From IMG/VR virus record IMGVR_UViG_2585428081_000003: a DNA stretch of 64,000 nt. One strand, written 5' to 3'. Positions 1 through 9,855 of this stretch are shown here, in pieces (position 1 is the first letter of the stretch; the number at the start of each line of letters is the position of its first letter). Both the position numbers and the translations under genes were made by a program. A model generated the notes under the pieces. The model searched no databases, was not told where the DNA came from, and was given only the letters and a program-made list of their open reading frames with translations. The stretch comes from a virus.

Positions 1-113
1 TTCAGGAATTTCCATTAGAAGATCAATCTCTTTGTAATCTGTCATTGTTCCCTCTTTATAGCTAATTTTCGTTTCATTGAAACTTGTTCCTGCCATTATA
101 CTTCACTCCTTTA

Positions 114-467
114 TTATTGGTACACTATTAAATTTCTTTTATCTACAATTCCTCTAAATCTCATTGTTTTATGTTTTACCTTTGGGTCAGGTACATCTCC
201 CATAAACTCTCTTCTAAATCCAATGGAATTCATCTTTTCGTTTACTTGCTTAGCCAATTCTCCTGTACTTCTGTTGTGCCATATATCTATTTGAATTACT
301 ATTTCAGTCAGTAATTCAGGGCCTTTTTTAAAATGATCATTATTAAATTGCTCATAAAAAGATATCTTAGGTAAATTAGTAAAATCATCAGGGTATGAAT
401 CTGATACATTGTCTTCTCCTACTATTTCTTCTAATAATTGATTTACCTTAGGTTTTATATCATACAC
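114..467 (-). CDS. Phage tail terminator/completion protein
   Basis: 117 aa after HK97-gp10-like gene; IQIDIW-type motif; position in neck module. Confidence 0.65.
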   Translation of the reverse strand: MYDIKPKVNQLLEEIVGEDNVSDSYPDDFTNLPKISFYEQFNNDHFKKGPELLTEIVIQIDIWHNRSTGELAKQVNEKMNSIGFRREFMGDVPDPKVKHKTMRFRGIVDKRNLIVYQ

Positions 468-468
468 A

Positions 469-990
469 TCAATCGCCCTTCTTTATTTCCATTCTCACAC
501 TAGCAGCAATGGATTCTTTTATATATTCTTCATTCTGTTTCATAGCTGGATACAAATAAGGTTGTGCGGCTTGGCCATAAGTTCCATAAAACACACCATC
601 TTTTGTTTCTATCTTTATAAAGTGATACTGTTCGGCTATAGCTGGATCTATTTGGCTTTCATGTATCCACCACATTCCTTCCCTATATTGAGGTTCTATT
701 CCTGGAGGTAAGTCCTTTGGAGAAGCCCTCCCTACTGGTCCGGTACCAAACTCCACATATGCACTATGTTCTGCTGTTGCTGATATTTCTCCAATTACCT
801 CTCCAACTTCTTCTTTTACATCTGTTACTATTCCATTTCTTAATTGGCCATAGTTTACTGGGGCTAAGTCCTTTGCGTCTCCTTGTACTTTTTTAGTTGC
901 GTTTGCTACACCTTTCTTGACCACTTCATTAGCATTAATACTCAAATTATTTAGCTTTTTCAATAGACTGTCTAATCCTTCAATAGTCAT
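469..990 (-). CDS. HK97 gp10-family tail completion protein
   Basis: APVNYGQLR, YVEFGTG and AQPYLYPA motifs. Confidence 0.85.
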   Translation of the reverse strand: MTIEGLDSLLKKLNNLSINANEVVKKGVANATKKVQGDAKDLAPVNYGQLRNGIVTDVKEEVGEVIGEISATAEHSAYVEFGTGPVGRASPKDLPPGIEPQYREGMWWIHESQIDPAIAEQYHFIKIETKDGVFYGTYGQAAQPYLYPAMKQNEEYIKESIAASVRMEIKKGD

Positions 991-1322
991 TAACGATTCA
1001 CCTTCTCTAAATCAGCTACAGTGTGTGTGTTATATCGTCTAATAGCCACTATTTTATAATCAGGATCTTTAGTATTATCTACATAGGCACACACGCCATC
1101 ATTTTCTTTTATATCTACATTACTTTGACAATACATAGTAAGCATATAAGCTAATCTCAACCCATATATTTCACTTAACATTTTGCCGCCTGCCGGTTGA
1201 ATATTGGCCTTGATGGTTTTGTCTGTAGGTTCATACCCTGTATATTTAGTACCATCTGTGTCTTTAAAGGTACCGTGTTTTTTTACTGTATAAGGTTTTA
1301 AATCCCTTTGCCTAAGTCTCAT
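990..1322 (-). CDS. Phage head closure / head-tail adaptor
   Basis: 110 aa, synteny after connector. Confidence 0.65.
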   Translation of the reverse strand: MRLRQRDLKPYTVKKHGTFKDTDGTKYTGYEPTDKTIKANIQPAGGKMLSEIYGLRLAYMLTMYCQSNVDIKENDGVCAYVDNTKDPDYKIVAIRRYNTHTVADLEKVNR

Positions 1323-1326
1323 ATAA

Positions 1327-1629
1327 TCACCTCGGCAATCTTCTTGCGGATCTAATTTTCTTCATTATGCTTTCAGGAATACCTTCTTCAAAGGATCTGC
1401 TTATTCCACCTTCGCTATGGCTTGTTTGCCCTTCAATTCCTTGTTTGTTATACATAATAATAGCTAAATCTATTTGAGTTGATAATAAATTAGATGGAAT
1501 TTTATCCAAATGAGTTAATTCTAATATTTCATTTTCTGCATCTTCTAAGTACAAATTCAGCAAATTATCTTCGTCCGTATCTCCCAAAGATACCCCTAAT
1601 TTTATTTTCAATCTATCTAGCTGCTCCAT
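1327..1629 (-). CDS. Phage head-tail connector (gp6/gp15-like)
   Basis: LKIKLG...SHSEGGISRSF pattern; follows capsid. Confidence 0.8.
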   Translation of the reverse strand: MEQLDRLKIKLGVSLGDTDEDNLLNLYLEDAENEILELTHLDKIPSNLLSTQIDLAIIMYNKQGIEGQTSHSEGGISRSFEEGIPESIMKKIRSARRLPR

Positions 1630-1645
1630 ATAATCACCTACTCAA

Positions 1646-1676
1646 TAAAAAGAAGGCCACTATTTAGTAGCCTTCC
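1646..1676 (-). terminator. Intrinsic terminator after capsid operon segment
   Basis: GAAGGC/GCCTTC stem followed by T-run on minus strand. Confidence 0.55.
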
Positions 1677-1788
1677 CTTTTGGTTTTTCATTTTCCTTCA
1701 CTTCAACAAACCCCTTGCTTTCTAATTTTTCTTTTTCATATTCTGTAGCTACTATTTTAACTACATTTAGTCTTTCTAGTTTAAACAC
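1660..1788 (-). CDS. Small phage protein (42 aa, MFKLERLNVVKIVATEYEKEKLESKGF...), not in ORF track
   Basis: GTG start 16 nt after capsid stop with GGTGA RBS; open to TAG. Confidence 0.6.
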   Translation of the reverse strand: MFKLERLNVVKIVATEYEKEKLESKGFVEVKENEKPKGKATK

Positions 1789-1804
1789 TTATCATCACCA
1801 CCTA

Positions 1805-2779
1805 TTATGCTAATGCTTCTTTGATATTTACCCTCATTGCAGTAAATTGATTATCTTTTATCCATAAATCATGATACTTTCTATAGTCAAGCTTCCAAGC
1901 ATCTGCCTTTTGGTTCATGTCTGGTTCAAATATTCTAATCTTATCAGTCTTTGATACTGCTATAGGAGCAGTTCTAGGAGTGATGATCCAGTTGATATTC
2001 TTTGCTGCAGCATCTGCTTTAAATCCTCCTGCTTCCTGTCCTACTGTTTTACCATCATTAAATACATACTTGGTTTTCATTCTCATAGAAGGAACTTTGA
2101 TGATAGGGTTGTTGTCTATTCCCCTTACAATAGTCTTGATGTCTCCCTGAGTAAAGTCTATTACCGATAGTTGTTTAGCTAGTTCTGTTGAATTTTCAAG
2201 TATTGCTGCTATTTGCATATTCATTGTAATCACTAGAGGAATTTCTCCTGCTACATCATAAATTGTATATATATCCTCTTTTAGTTTTGATAATATTGTT
2301 GCTGCATCTGCTGTGTATCCTCCTACTGCTGATTTTTTAGCTATAGCTTGGCTTGCAATAGAGCTATATCTATATGCGTCAATTTCAGGAATAACTAATG
2401 TTCTTTGGAATTCTCCCATTACATTTGCAGCAGTTGCGACAAAGTTTGTTTCATCTACATCCATTCTGTCTAACTGGAATGTTCTACCTCTGTCTTGAGT
2501 TAGTTTTTTTGTCTCATACTCTAATGTTACTGAACCATCAACAAATCCATTGGTTCTGTCATAATCTCCAAGTCCATCCATAGAGATTATAGGAATTTTC
2601 ACTTCATCTCCACCATTATACTTAACAAGCCCTGCATTAGCTTCCATCCATCCAGATGTAGCTTGTGCAACTACTTGCTTATCTAATTGTTCCATAAATA
2701 TCTTTGCATATTCTAAAACATTTGGTTTTGCATGAAATTGTAAATTTAATTTAAAATTATTTAGTCCTGTTTTATCCAT
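1805..2779 (-). CDS. Major capsid protein
   Basis: 324 aa following scaffold; GGDEVKIP and DRGRTFQLD motifs of Firmicutes phage capsids. Confidence 0.85.
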   Translation of the reverse strand: MDKTGLNNFKLNLQFHAKPNVLEYAKIFMEQLDKQVVAQATSGWMEANAGLVKYNGGDEVKIPIISMDGLGDYDRTNGFVDGSVTLEYETKKLTQDRGRTFQLDRMDVDETNFVATAANVMGEFQRTLVIPEIDAYRYSSIASQAIAKKSAVGGYTADAATILSKLKEDIYTIYDVAGEIPLVITMNMQIAAILENSTELAKQLSVIDFTQGDIKTIVRGIDNNPIIKVPSMRMKTKYVFNDGKTVGQEAGGFKADAAAKNINWIITPRTAPIAVSKTDKIRIFEPDMNQKADAWKLDYRKYHDLWIKDNQFTAMRVNIKEALA

Positions 2780-2798
2780 AACTTAACACTCTCCTTTT

Positions 2799-3368
2799 CT
2801 AAAATCCTAAATTTTGTCTTATTGTTTCTGCCACTTGGTCTAGACCATCACCATTGCCAGAATCCCCTGTATTGTTTGGAGAATTTCCTTTTAATGGCTG
2901 TTCAAATAGATCTTTGTAGTTTTCTTTGATTGTTTTCATCTGTTCATCCAATCCTAATATGGTTCCATCATCATTGATTTTAAGATTTTCTCTGTCAAAC
3001 TTACCCATGAGCAAATCCTCATATTTGGCTTTATTGTCCTTTAGTGTCAATTTGATAGCATTGTCTAGAGTAACATTTTTAATCTTTGCTTCATATTCTT
3101 CTTTAGCTTTTTTATTAGTTTCTTGTAATTCTTTTATTTGATTCTCTAGATTTTCATTACCTTTCGCTTTATCTCCTAGATCCTTTAATTGCTTATCTCT
3201 TTCTGCTATATCAGTTTCCAGTTGTTTTTTAGCTTCTGATACCTCATTATATTTATCTTTAGGCACTGCATATTTAGGAAACTCTTTGTTTACATCTTTT
3301 ATTAGTGCTTCTTGGTCTAACTTTCCATCTTTTGTGTACTTTTCAATTAACTTTAGAATCCAATCCAT
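2799..3368 (-). CDS. Scaffolding protein (minor structural protein GP20 family)
   Basis: AVPKDKYNEV, coiled coil, GLDEQ...LKE...YLF-like tail. Confidence 0.85.
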   Translation of the reverse strand: MDWILKLIEKYTKDGKLDQEALIKDVNKEFPKYAVPKDKYNEVSEAKKQLETDIAERDKQLKDLGDKAKGNENLENQIKELQETNKKAKEEYEAKIKNVTLDNAIKLTLKDNKAKYEDLLMGKFDRENLKINDDGTILGLDEQMKTIKENYKDLFEQPLKGNSPNNTGDSGNGDGLDQVAETIRQNLGF

Positions 3369-3473
3369 TTTTCATTACCTCCTATACTTTTTTATACTGG
3401 TCAGTGCCAGTCTTGGGTTCTTTGTTCTTTATGCTCTGCAAATACTAAAAAAGAGCAATAAAAAAAGACTCTA

Positions 3474-3698
3474 TTATAAAGTCCTATTAAATTCACATCT
3501 TATATTTTTATAAAAATCTTCTTCTATACTTTTCTTTATTTTTTCTAAGCTGGTATCTATGGTGCAATTCTCACCCCTGTAGATTGCTATAGGTGTATAT
3601 TCCTTTACCATTATTCCACAAGCCACCATTCTCTTTTCATCACAAGTATCTTTTTCTTTACATTTATCACACCTAGGATGTAGTTTTGACAATAGCAT
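3474..3698 (-). CDS. Hypothetical Cys-containing phage protein
   Basis: ORF track 74 aa. Confidence 0.5.
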   Translation of the reverse strand: MLLSKLHPRCDKCKEKDTCDEKRMVACGIMVKEYTPIAIYRGENCTIDTSLEKIKKSIEEDFYKNIRCEFNRTL

Positions 3699-3781
3699 TA
3701 CTTCTCCCCTTTCTTCTCAATCAAATATAAAGTTATAATTGTTAAACATATAGTTAATGTTACCTGTGTAGCTGTAGCCAT
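3698..3781 (-). CDS. 27-aa hydrophobic peptide MATATQVTLTICLTIITLYLIEKKGEK
   Basis: GGAGG RBS; TAATG stop/start overlap with next ORF. Confidence 0.5.
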   Translation of the reverse strand: MATATQVTLTICLTIITLYLIEKKGEK

Positions 3782-3805
3782 GTTAATCCCTCCATTTTCA
3801 AGCAT

Positions 3806-3843
3806 AATAAAAGCACCTACTATTTTTTATTTAGTAAGTGCTT
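3806..3843 (-). terminator. Terminator after putative immunity gene
   Basis: AAGCACTTACTA...TAGTAGGTGCTT stem then T-rich tract. Confidence 0.65.
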
Positions 3844-4078
3844 ATTTACATACTACATTTTCTATATTATTATCTGATTCAATAAACAGTGCCCCTATTT
3901 CTTCATCATTTTTTAGTATTACCTTGCCTTCTCCATACTTAAATATAGCATACAAACTACCATCAACATCTTCCAAGACTTTATCCTGCATTTTAAATCC
4001 TTTAGTTTTCTTGAGCTTTTCTAAACATTTATAAAAAAGATCCTTATCCGTTTGATTACATACATTAACATAATACAT
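3842..4078 (-). CDS. Putative immunity protein for MuF C-terminal toxin
   Basis: 78 aa directly downstream of extended MuF gene; LEDVDGS motif recalled from small proteins downstream of polymorphic toxins. Confidence 0.5.
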   Translation of the reverse strand: MYYVNVCNQTDKDLFYKCLEKLKKTKGFKMQDKVLEDVDGSLYAIFKYGEGKVILKNDEEIGALFIESDNNIENVVCK

Positions 4079-4088
4079 ACAATCACCT

Positions 4089-5681
4089 CTAATCTAAGTT
4101 AAATTTTTTATTTACTTCTTTATTAGTTTTCTTTGCTGTGCCAATTATATCCCTTATAGCTTCATCTCTTGTCATATCTTTTCTACCCATTTTATCTGTT
4201 ATTAAATCGTCAAATGTTAAAATAGGTCTTGTCTCATCTAAACATTTTCTTCCTTCTTGGTCTTTCATCATTTTCCTAGCTTCAAGTTTATACTTAGATC
4301 TTAGCGCATAAGATTCTCTCGCTTGATTTTCTAAACTTTTAGTATTGTCTATTAAATCATGTATGTCATTGCAGTGTGCTATATACCATTCTCTTACTTC
4401 TTTATTGCCAAACATACCAAAAAAATCATCTCTATAATCTAAAGAATTTAATGTTTCTTGCTTTTTGGCTTTAACATCTTCCCATTCTTTAACATTATTA
4501 TACTTTAATTCTTGAAAATCATCAAGGTTAGAAGGTATCTTATCTCCAAATATTAATTTATATTTTTCACACTGTTTCTTATCACTAGCTTTGTTTAATA
4601 TCTTCTTTTTCATTACCTCAGCTTGGTCTTGGCCATATTTATCTACTACATACTTTCTATACCAATCTTTATAGTTCATATCTCCAGGAACTAAATAAGC
4701 CTTTCCTGTCTTAGGGTCCCTGGCTCTTCTTTTTATCTTTGCTAATTCTTCTTCACTTATATAACTTCTAGTAGTGCACCTGCAGTTTGGATGCATAGGT
4801 GGAAGATTCTTTCCTGGTTCTGCTTTAGATACTTCAAATACTTTTCTATCTAACTCTTGACATGTCTTACAAGTTCTTAAATCTAATGTAGCAACATAAA
4901 TATATTTCCCTATTCCACATTCTTTGTAACTTTCTATCTCTGCCATATTGGCCATATAAGTTGTTTCTGTTCTCACTACTCTCATAGCTGCATACTTGCC
5001 ATATTCAGCATATTCTTCAAGTTCTTTAGCCATTTTATAATAGCTTTTACCACTCATGAAACCACCTGTAATTATTTCCGTTAGTTTTTCAGCTAATATA
5101 TCAGTGTTCTTCCATATCCTTTTAGAAAAGTGTTTACCACTCCAAGGATTTTTAAGGATCTGTTCTATAGTTTTAGTTGGTATGGCAGCAAAATCAAATC
5201 CTATTCCTAAACCTTTGTGAATATCAAATATATTACTATAGTAAGCTTGATTAATAGTATCTATATACTGTCTTTCACTAGCTTGTATTTCAACATCCGC
5301 TATTCTTTTACACCCCACATATACACGTTCCTTTAAAGCTTCTAGTCTCGTCATTCTAGCTTTATAAGCTGGACCATTAAGTCTGCTTATTAGGTATCTT
5401 TTTATTTCTTCATTTTCAGTAGTATAGACAATCCCTCTTATTTCATCTAACTCTTTACTACTTACTTTTTCATTTAATATTTTTCTAGCTTCTTCAGGAG
5501 ACAATTCTCCATCTTTTGCAAACTTATTGAATATCTTTTGTATCTCTTTCTCTATGTCTTTTATAGCCTTGTCATAAGCCTTGGTTATAAGCCTTATAGT
5601 TTTATCACTATTCCTATGATAATCATTCATTCTTTCCTTTGCTCTATTGGCCCAGTATTTATTATTCTTCATCTTCCCCAC
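4089..5681 (-). CDS. Minor capsid protein (SPP1 gp7/MuF) with C-terminal putative toxin extension
   Basis: RVVRTET, ATLDLRTC, PPMHPNCRCT MuF motifs; ~190 extra C-terminal residues. Confidence 0.85.
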   Translation of the reverse strand: MGKMKNNKYWANRAKERMNDYHRNSDKTIRLITKAYDKAIKDIEKEIQKIFNKFAKDGELSPEEARKILNEKVSSKELDEIRGIVYTTENEEIKRYLISRLNGPAYKARMTRLEALKERVYVGCKRIADVEIQASERQYIDTINQAYYSNIFDIHKGLGIGFDFAAIPTKTIEQILKNPWSGKHFSKRIWKNTDILAEKLTEIITGGFMSGKSYYKMAKELEEYAEYGKYAAMRVVRTETTYMANMAEIESYKECGIGKYIYVATLDLRTCKTCQELDRKVFEVSKAEPGKNLPPMHPNCRCTTRSYISEEELAKIKRRARDPKTGKAYLVPGDMNYKDWYRKYVVDKYGQDQAEVMKKKILNKASDKKQCEKYKLIFGDKIPSNLDDFQELKYNNVKEWEDVKAKKQETLNSLDYRDDFFGMFGNKEVREWYIAHCNDIHDLIDNTKSLENQARESYALRSKYKLEARKMMKDQEGRKCLDETRPILTFDDLITDKMGRKDMTRDEAIRDIIGTAKKTNKEVNKKFNLD

Positions 5682-7110
5682 CTTCTAAGTTGGAGAATTT
5701 ATCAGTTCCAAAAGCTTTGGCCGCTGTCTTTGCCTTTTCTTTTCTTTCCTCTTTAAGCCTTTTCAATTCTCCTTCAACATCATTTACCCATGGATGATTA
5801 GCAACTATAGTTTCTTGACTTATTACATCTTCTGATGACACACAATTGCTGATGGCTTCTGTCTCATTTATCTGTATATCCCTGTTAAATATAAGCTCTA
5901 CTTCTTCATTTTCATAGCTACCTTGTCCATTTTCGGCCAAATATATATTTACAAAATATAATAGCTGTTCAAACGCTCTTTTAAACTCTACTTCTAGATG
6001 GTTGCATTTTAAATCTAATCCAGAATATAAAAATTTTAAGCTTATACCACTTGGAGAATTACCAAACTTGTCTAAGTCTTTAGGTACACCTTGGCCAAAC
6101 TCATTTATGTCCCTCTTTAACTGTTCAAAATGCTCTTTTGCTGCTTGAATATCTATGGTAGGATTAAGAGTATCTACTCCACCATGCTCAGGATCATCAA
6201 TTTTTATAGCACGATAATAATTTAAATCACTTATAAACTCTGCTAGATTTTCCCCACCATAGCCTTTGAGGATATAAATTAGATTCTTAGTTTCCTCAAT
6301 GAAATTATCTATATCACTTCTAGATTTATCGTAACTATCTACAAGAGATTTAATGAATCTCACATCTGGATATTCTATATGGTTATTCTTAAAGCCTATA
6401 AAAGGTACTTTTCCCCATCCTCTACCTTCTTCGCCTTTCATATAGTGAAGTATAGGACCGCCTTCGTGTTGTTCTATGTCAGGTATTAGCTGTTCGCCAT
6501 CCATAACATAAAAATAGACTTCATTTTCTGTATAATGCTCTACTCTAGTGATTTTCTTCTTTTCTTTTCCTTCATATACAGTTTGAATATAAAACCTAAT
6601 CATTCCATCTAGTTCAGTATGAGTATTATCTCTCCAAAGCGGTACACATTGCTCTGATGGTATTAGCATAGTTCCAAATTTACCATTATCATCAATATAA
6701 ACTTGTAACCACGCTATTCCTTTGTTACTTGCTTCATAGCCAAGTCTAGTTAATGTGTATTGGAAATACTTCCCTAATACATCTTTAACTTTTTCTATAT
6801 ATAATTCATTGTCGCATTGTAGAGCATAGTCTTTTGTAAGAAGATATCCTACCTTTTCATCAACTAGATTCTTCACAAAGCCATGGGCTAGTTTATTATT
6901 AGCCTTTGTTTTATCTTCCATTGAGCCACTTTCAGTATGTCTCAATATTCGCCTATCGTATATGTCATTCTCAACCCTGTAGTACTTGTCTCCTTCTACC
7001 ATCCAAGCTCTTTTATCTGATACGTTGAATTCTTTTATTTCGTTGTAGAGTATTTCTTCTGTTGTCATTATATTTATATCATTTCTAAATAAATCTCTAA
7101 AGTTTATCAA
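5662..7110 (-). CDS. Portal protein (SPP1 gp6-like)
   Basis: NNKLAHGFVKNLVDEKVGYL and SGISLKFLYSGLDLK motifs. Confidence 0.92.
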   Translation of the reverse strand: MINFRDLFRNDINIMTTEEILYNEIKEFNVSDKRAWMVEGDKYYRVENDIYDRRILRHTESGSMEDKTKANNKLAHGFVKNLVDEKVGYLLTKDYALQCDNELYIEKVKDVLGKYFQYTLTRLGYEASNKGIAWLQVYIDDNGKFGTMLIPSEQCVPLWRDNTHTELDGMIRFYIQTVYEGKEKKKITRVEHYTENEVYFYVMDGEQLIPDIEQHEGGPILHYMKGEEGRGWGKVPFIGFKNNHIEYPDVRFIKSLVDSYDKSRSDIDNFIEETKNLIYILKGYGGENLAEFISDLNYYRAIKIDDPEHGGVDTLNPTIDIQAAKEHFEQLKRDINEFGQGVPKDLDKFGNSPSGISLKFLYSGLDLKCNHLEVEFKRAFEQLLYFVNIYLAENGQGSYENEEVELIFNRDIQINETEAISNCVSSEDVISQETIVANHPWVNDVEGELKRLKEERKEKAKTAAKAFGTDKFSNLEGGEDEE

Positions 7111-7125
7111 TTTATATCACCTTCT

Positions 7126-8535
7126 TTATTTAAGTATAGATAAGCCATTACCTGTGCCTATTTTTTCAGCTATCCCTGTAGTTGCGTCAGGTGCGTCATC
7201 ATGTTTGTTTTTACCCTCTCTCTGATAAGTTGTCATAGCTTTATAATATTCTGGCCATTTATCTCTCCAATTTGCAGGATAATATATGTGATCCATAACC
7301 CATGTACTGTTGGATAGTATTCTAGCTTGCTTATTCTTGCTTTGATGGAACCATTTAATTATGGTTTTATTGCTCCTGTGTTTTTCTTTAAGTATTCTTT
7401 CGACTGCTCTTGCAAATCCTCTACCACCGTTGTTAGATTCTATATTAGCTACATTTACGCTATACTCGTAAAACCTTCTCGCCACTTCACTTTCCGTAAT
7501 CTCCATTGGATCTTTTGTATAATAAATATCTAATATATAAGCTTCTCTATTATATTCACCATAAATTATTGAACATAGATAGTCAGAACCTTCGTCAGCT
7601 GTATCTGTATATGCTCCAATTCTAGTAAATAGTGAGTTGCCCTTATCATCTCTAGGAATGTCCGCATAAGTCCTAAACGAACTGTATAATTTGCCTTTGA
7701 TATCTATAGGTACCTGCTGATAGTTCGCACTTGCAATATCTTCACCCATTGCTCTAACTTTAGTGTTATAGCTCTTCTTTGATAGTATTTCATCACATAG
7801 CATAGTCCCATTATCTTGCAATGCTTTCATTGACACATGCCTTACTTTTTTCTTTTCTCCTTCGAAATGTTCTAGTGCTCTTCCTGCTAAATCTCCTGTG
7901 GCCCATCTAGTCATTATTATTATTATTTTTCCGCCTTCCTCAAGTCTGGACAGCATTGTATTAGTAAACCAGCCCCAATGCTTTTCTAGTACATTTTCAT
8001 TGTAGGCTTCTTCACTATTCTTGATAAGGTCATCTATAATCATTAAAGAACAACCAAAGCCTGTGGCGGTACCTGTAGGAGAAGTTGCTAAATAGTTATT
8101 ATATCCACCTTCCAAAGACCATAGATTCATTGCTCCATCACCTTGTTTTATTCTTACATCTGGGAATATATCACTAAATACAATTTTATCTTTATCAGCC
8201 TTTTGCTCCTGGATACCATTTCTAACATTCTTTGAAAAAGTTGTCGATAAAGTTTCATTGTATGACCCAGTCATTATTTTTTCATTTTTATTTTGTCCAA
8301 ATACCCATTGAGCAAATTGTCCTGCTGTTCTGGATTTCCCATGCCTTGGAGGCATATTGATTACTAGTACATCATCATCAGAATGATAGAAATCCTGCAT
8401 TTCGTCGCATAGTTCTTTTAGATATTCTCTGTCTTTCTTATAGAAATCAGGGGCTAATAAATTGCAAAAATAAAAGAACTCACGTCTTGCAAGTTCTTTT
8501 TTTGCTTCTAGTTTTACTAAATCCATATCAATCAT
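7126..8535 (-). CDS. terL: Terminase large subunit
   Basis: Walker A MPPRHGKS, Walker B MIIDD, nuclease DTADEGSD, C-terminal HDDAPD. Confidence 0.95.
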   Translation of the reverse strand: MIDMDLVKLEAKKELARREFFYFCNLLAPDFYKKDREYLKELCDEMQDFYHSDDDVLVINMPPRHGKSRTAGQFAQWVFGQNKNEKIMTGSYNETLSTTFSKNVRNGIQEQKADKDKIVFSDIFPDVRIKQGDGAMNLWSLEGGYNNYLATSPTGTATGFGCSLMIIDDLIKNSEEAYNENVLEKHWGWFTNTMLSRLEEGGKIIIIMTRWATGDLAGRALEHFEGEKKKVRHVSMKALQDNGTMLCDEILSKKSYNTKVRAMGEDIASANYQQVPIDIKGKLYSSFRTYADIPRDDKGNSLFTRIGAYTDTADEGSDYLCSIIYGEYNREAYILDIYYTKDPMEITESEVARRFYEYSVNVANIESNNGGRGFARAVERILKEKHRSNKTIIKWFHQSKNKQARILSNSTWVMDHIYYPANWRDKWPEYYKAMTTYQREGKNKHDDAPDATTGIAEKIGTGNGLSILK

Positions 8536-9061
8536 CTTGTATCAACTTCTTTAGTTCATCAGTTGTTAAATCTTTAAGTGGATTATTTACTTCCATATCT
8601 CCTCTTACATCAATGTCTTGTTTATCTCTCCACTGTTCAGGTTTCCTATTCTTCAACCAGAATATCTGTGCTGTTGTATCTGGTTGGACTTCTTTTCTAA
8701 CTTTTTTAGTAGTTACCATTTCATAGACTGGGAATCCATGTAAATCTGTCATAGGATCACCTTTTACATCTTTTTTTATTATTCTTTCTTTGGTAACTTC
8801 TTCATATCGATATCCTAATGCTCTTTTTAACAATGCGTTTTCTACTTCTCTATCTACTACTTCTTTCCCCTTTTTTAAGGCAGCCGTTAAGTCCGAAAAC
8901 TTCTTTTTATATTCCTTAAAAGTAGAATAGGCAACTCCTAAATTTTTAGCTATTTGTTCATCTATAAGCCCATCTCTAGCCCATCCTTCTATTTCCATCA
9001 GTCTAGGCTCTACATGCGTTTCATATTTACTTGGTCTTCCACCTTTCTTTTTCTTTGCCAT
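8528..9061 (-). CDS. terS: Terminase small subunit (HTH)
   Basis: GRPSKY, WARDGL, PDTTAQIFWLKNR; overlaps terL start. Confidence 0.85.
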   Translation of the reverse strand: MAKKKKGGRPSKYETHVEPRLMEIEGWARDGLIDEQIAKNLGVAYSTFKEYKKKFSDLTAALKKGKEVVDREVENALLKRALGYRYEEVTKERIIKKDVKGDPMTDLHGFPVYEMVTTKKVRKEVQPDTTAQIFWLKNRKPEQWRDKQDIDVRGDMEVNNPLKDLTTDELKKLIQDD

Positions 9062-9091
9062 CTATCACCACCTACCTTGATTTTATACGTG

Positions 9092-9113
9092 AAAAAAGAG
9101 CCTTATAGGCTCT
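9092..9113 (-). terminator. Terminator closing the ferritin-like moron
   Basis: AGAGCC-TATAA-GGCTCT followed by TTTTT on minus strand. Confidence 0.7.
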
Positions 9114-9122
9114 ATTGCTTAT

Positions 9123-9554
9123 CTATAATAATTTCTTCAACTTCTCAATAGACTTTCTATCTTTTTCTAATATCTCACCTGCTATATCTCTAGATCTATC
9201 ATCCAATTTTCCTCTTAAAACTTTTTCAGTCATATTAACTCCTTTAGTTTCTCCTTCAATAGATTTTTTAATAATTTCATTTGTATCCGCTTCAGTACCT
9301 AAATCCATATTGAGCATCATTTCACCCATTTTACCCTTCATACCAAGGTTTTCATCTGGCTGTCCTTCAATATATTGTATATAACTTGCTAACTTATCAA
9401 TGTTTTCTCTATGTTGCTTCTGAACCTCTTGAAAGGTCTTTTTCACATTCTCATCTTCTAGTCTAGATATGAAATTATTAAAACTATCTACCGCCATGTA
9501 TTCCCCTTGTAATAATTCATTAAGTGATTTTATTGTTTCTGTATTATTATCCAA
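9123..9554 (-). CDS. Ferritin-like four-helix protein (DUF2383/PA2169-like), moron
   Basis: LNELLQGEYMAVDSF...QKQH pattern; own RBS and terminator. Confidence 0.7.
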   Translation of the reverse strand: MDNNTETIKSLNELLQGEYMAVDSFNNFISRLEDENVKKTFQEVQKQHRENIDKLASYIQYIEGQPDENLGMKGKMGEMMLNMDLGTEADTNEIIKKSIEGETKGVNMTEKVLRGKLDDRSRDIAGEILEKDRKSIEKLKKLL

Positions 9555-9621
9555 TTTATTTCCTCCTTAGTGATGATTTATTATATATTATTATTTTTCC
9601 ACTAAGTTTAAATTTAATACA

Positions 9622-9798
9622 TTATCCCCACTTTACTTGTCTAACTCTCCTACCCTGTTTCCTATAACTATCATGTTGCATAAGTCTTTCTGGTCTATCT
9701 CCAAGCTTAATGTCTTTTTTCTTCTGCATTCTACCTATATTCTTCAATTCTCTATATGTATCTATATCATTCTTTTTAAGATATTCTCCTATAATCAT
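9622..9798 (-). CDS. Small basic phage protein (58 aa, ...LMQHDSYRKQGRRVRQVKWG)
   Basis: Open frame with AGGTG RBS; MQHDSY motif familiar from clostridial phage proteins. Confidence 0.55.
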   Translation of the reverse strand: MIIGEYLKKNDIDTYRELKNIGRMQKKKDIKLGDRPERLMQHDSYRKQGRRVRQVKWG

Positions 9799-9855
9799 TT
9801 AGTTCACCTTCTTTTACATATTATAAGGGAGAGAATTTCTTCCCTCCCTTATCGT

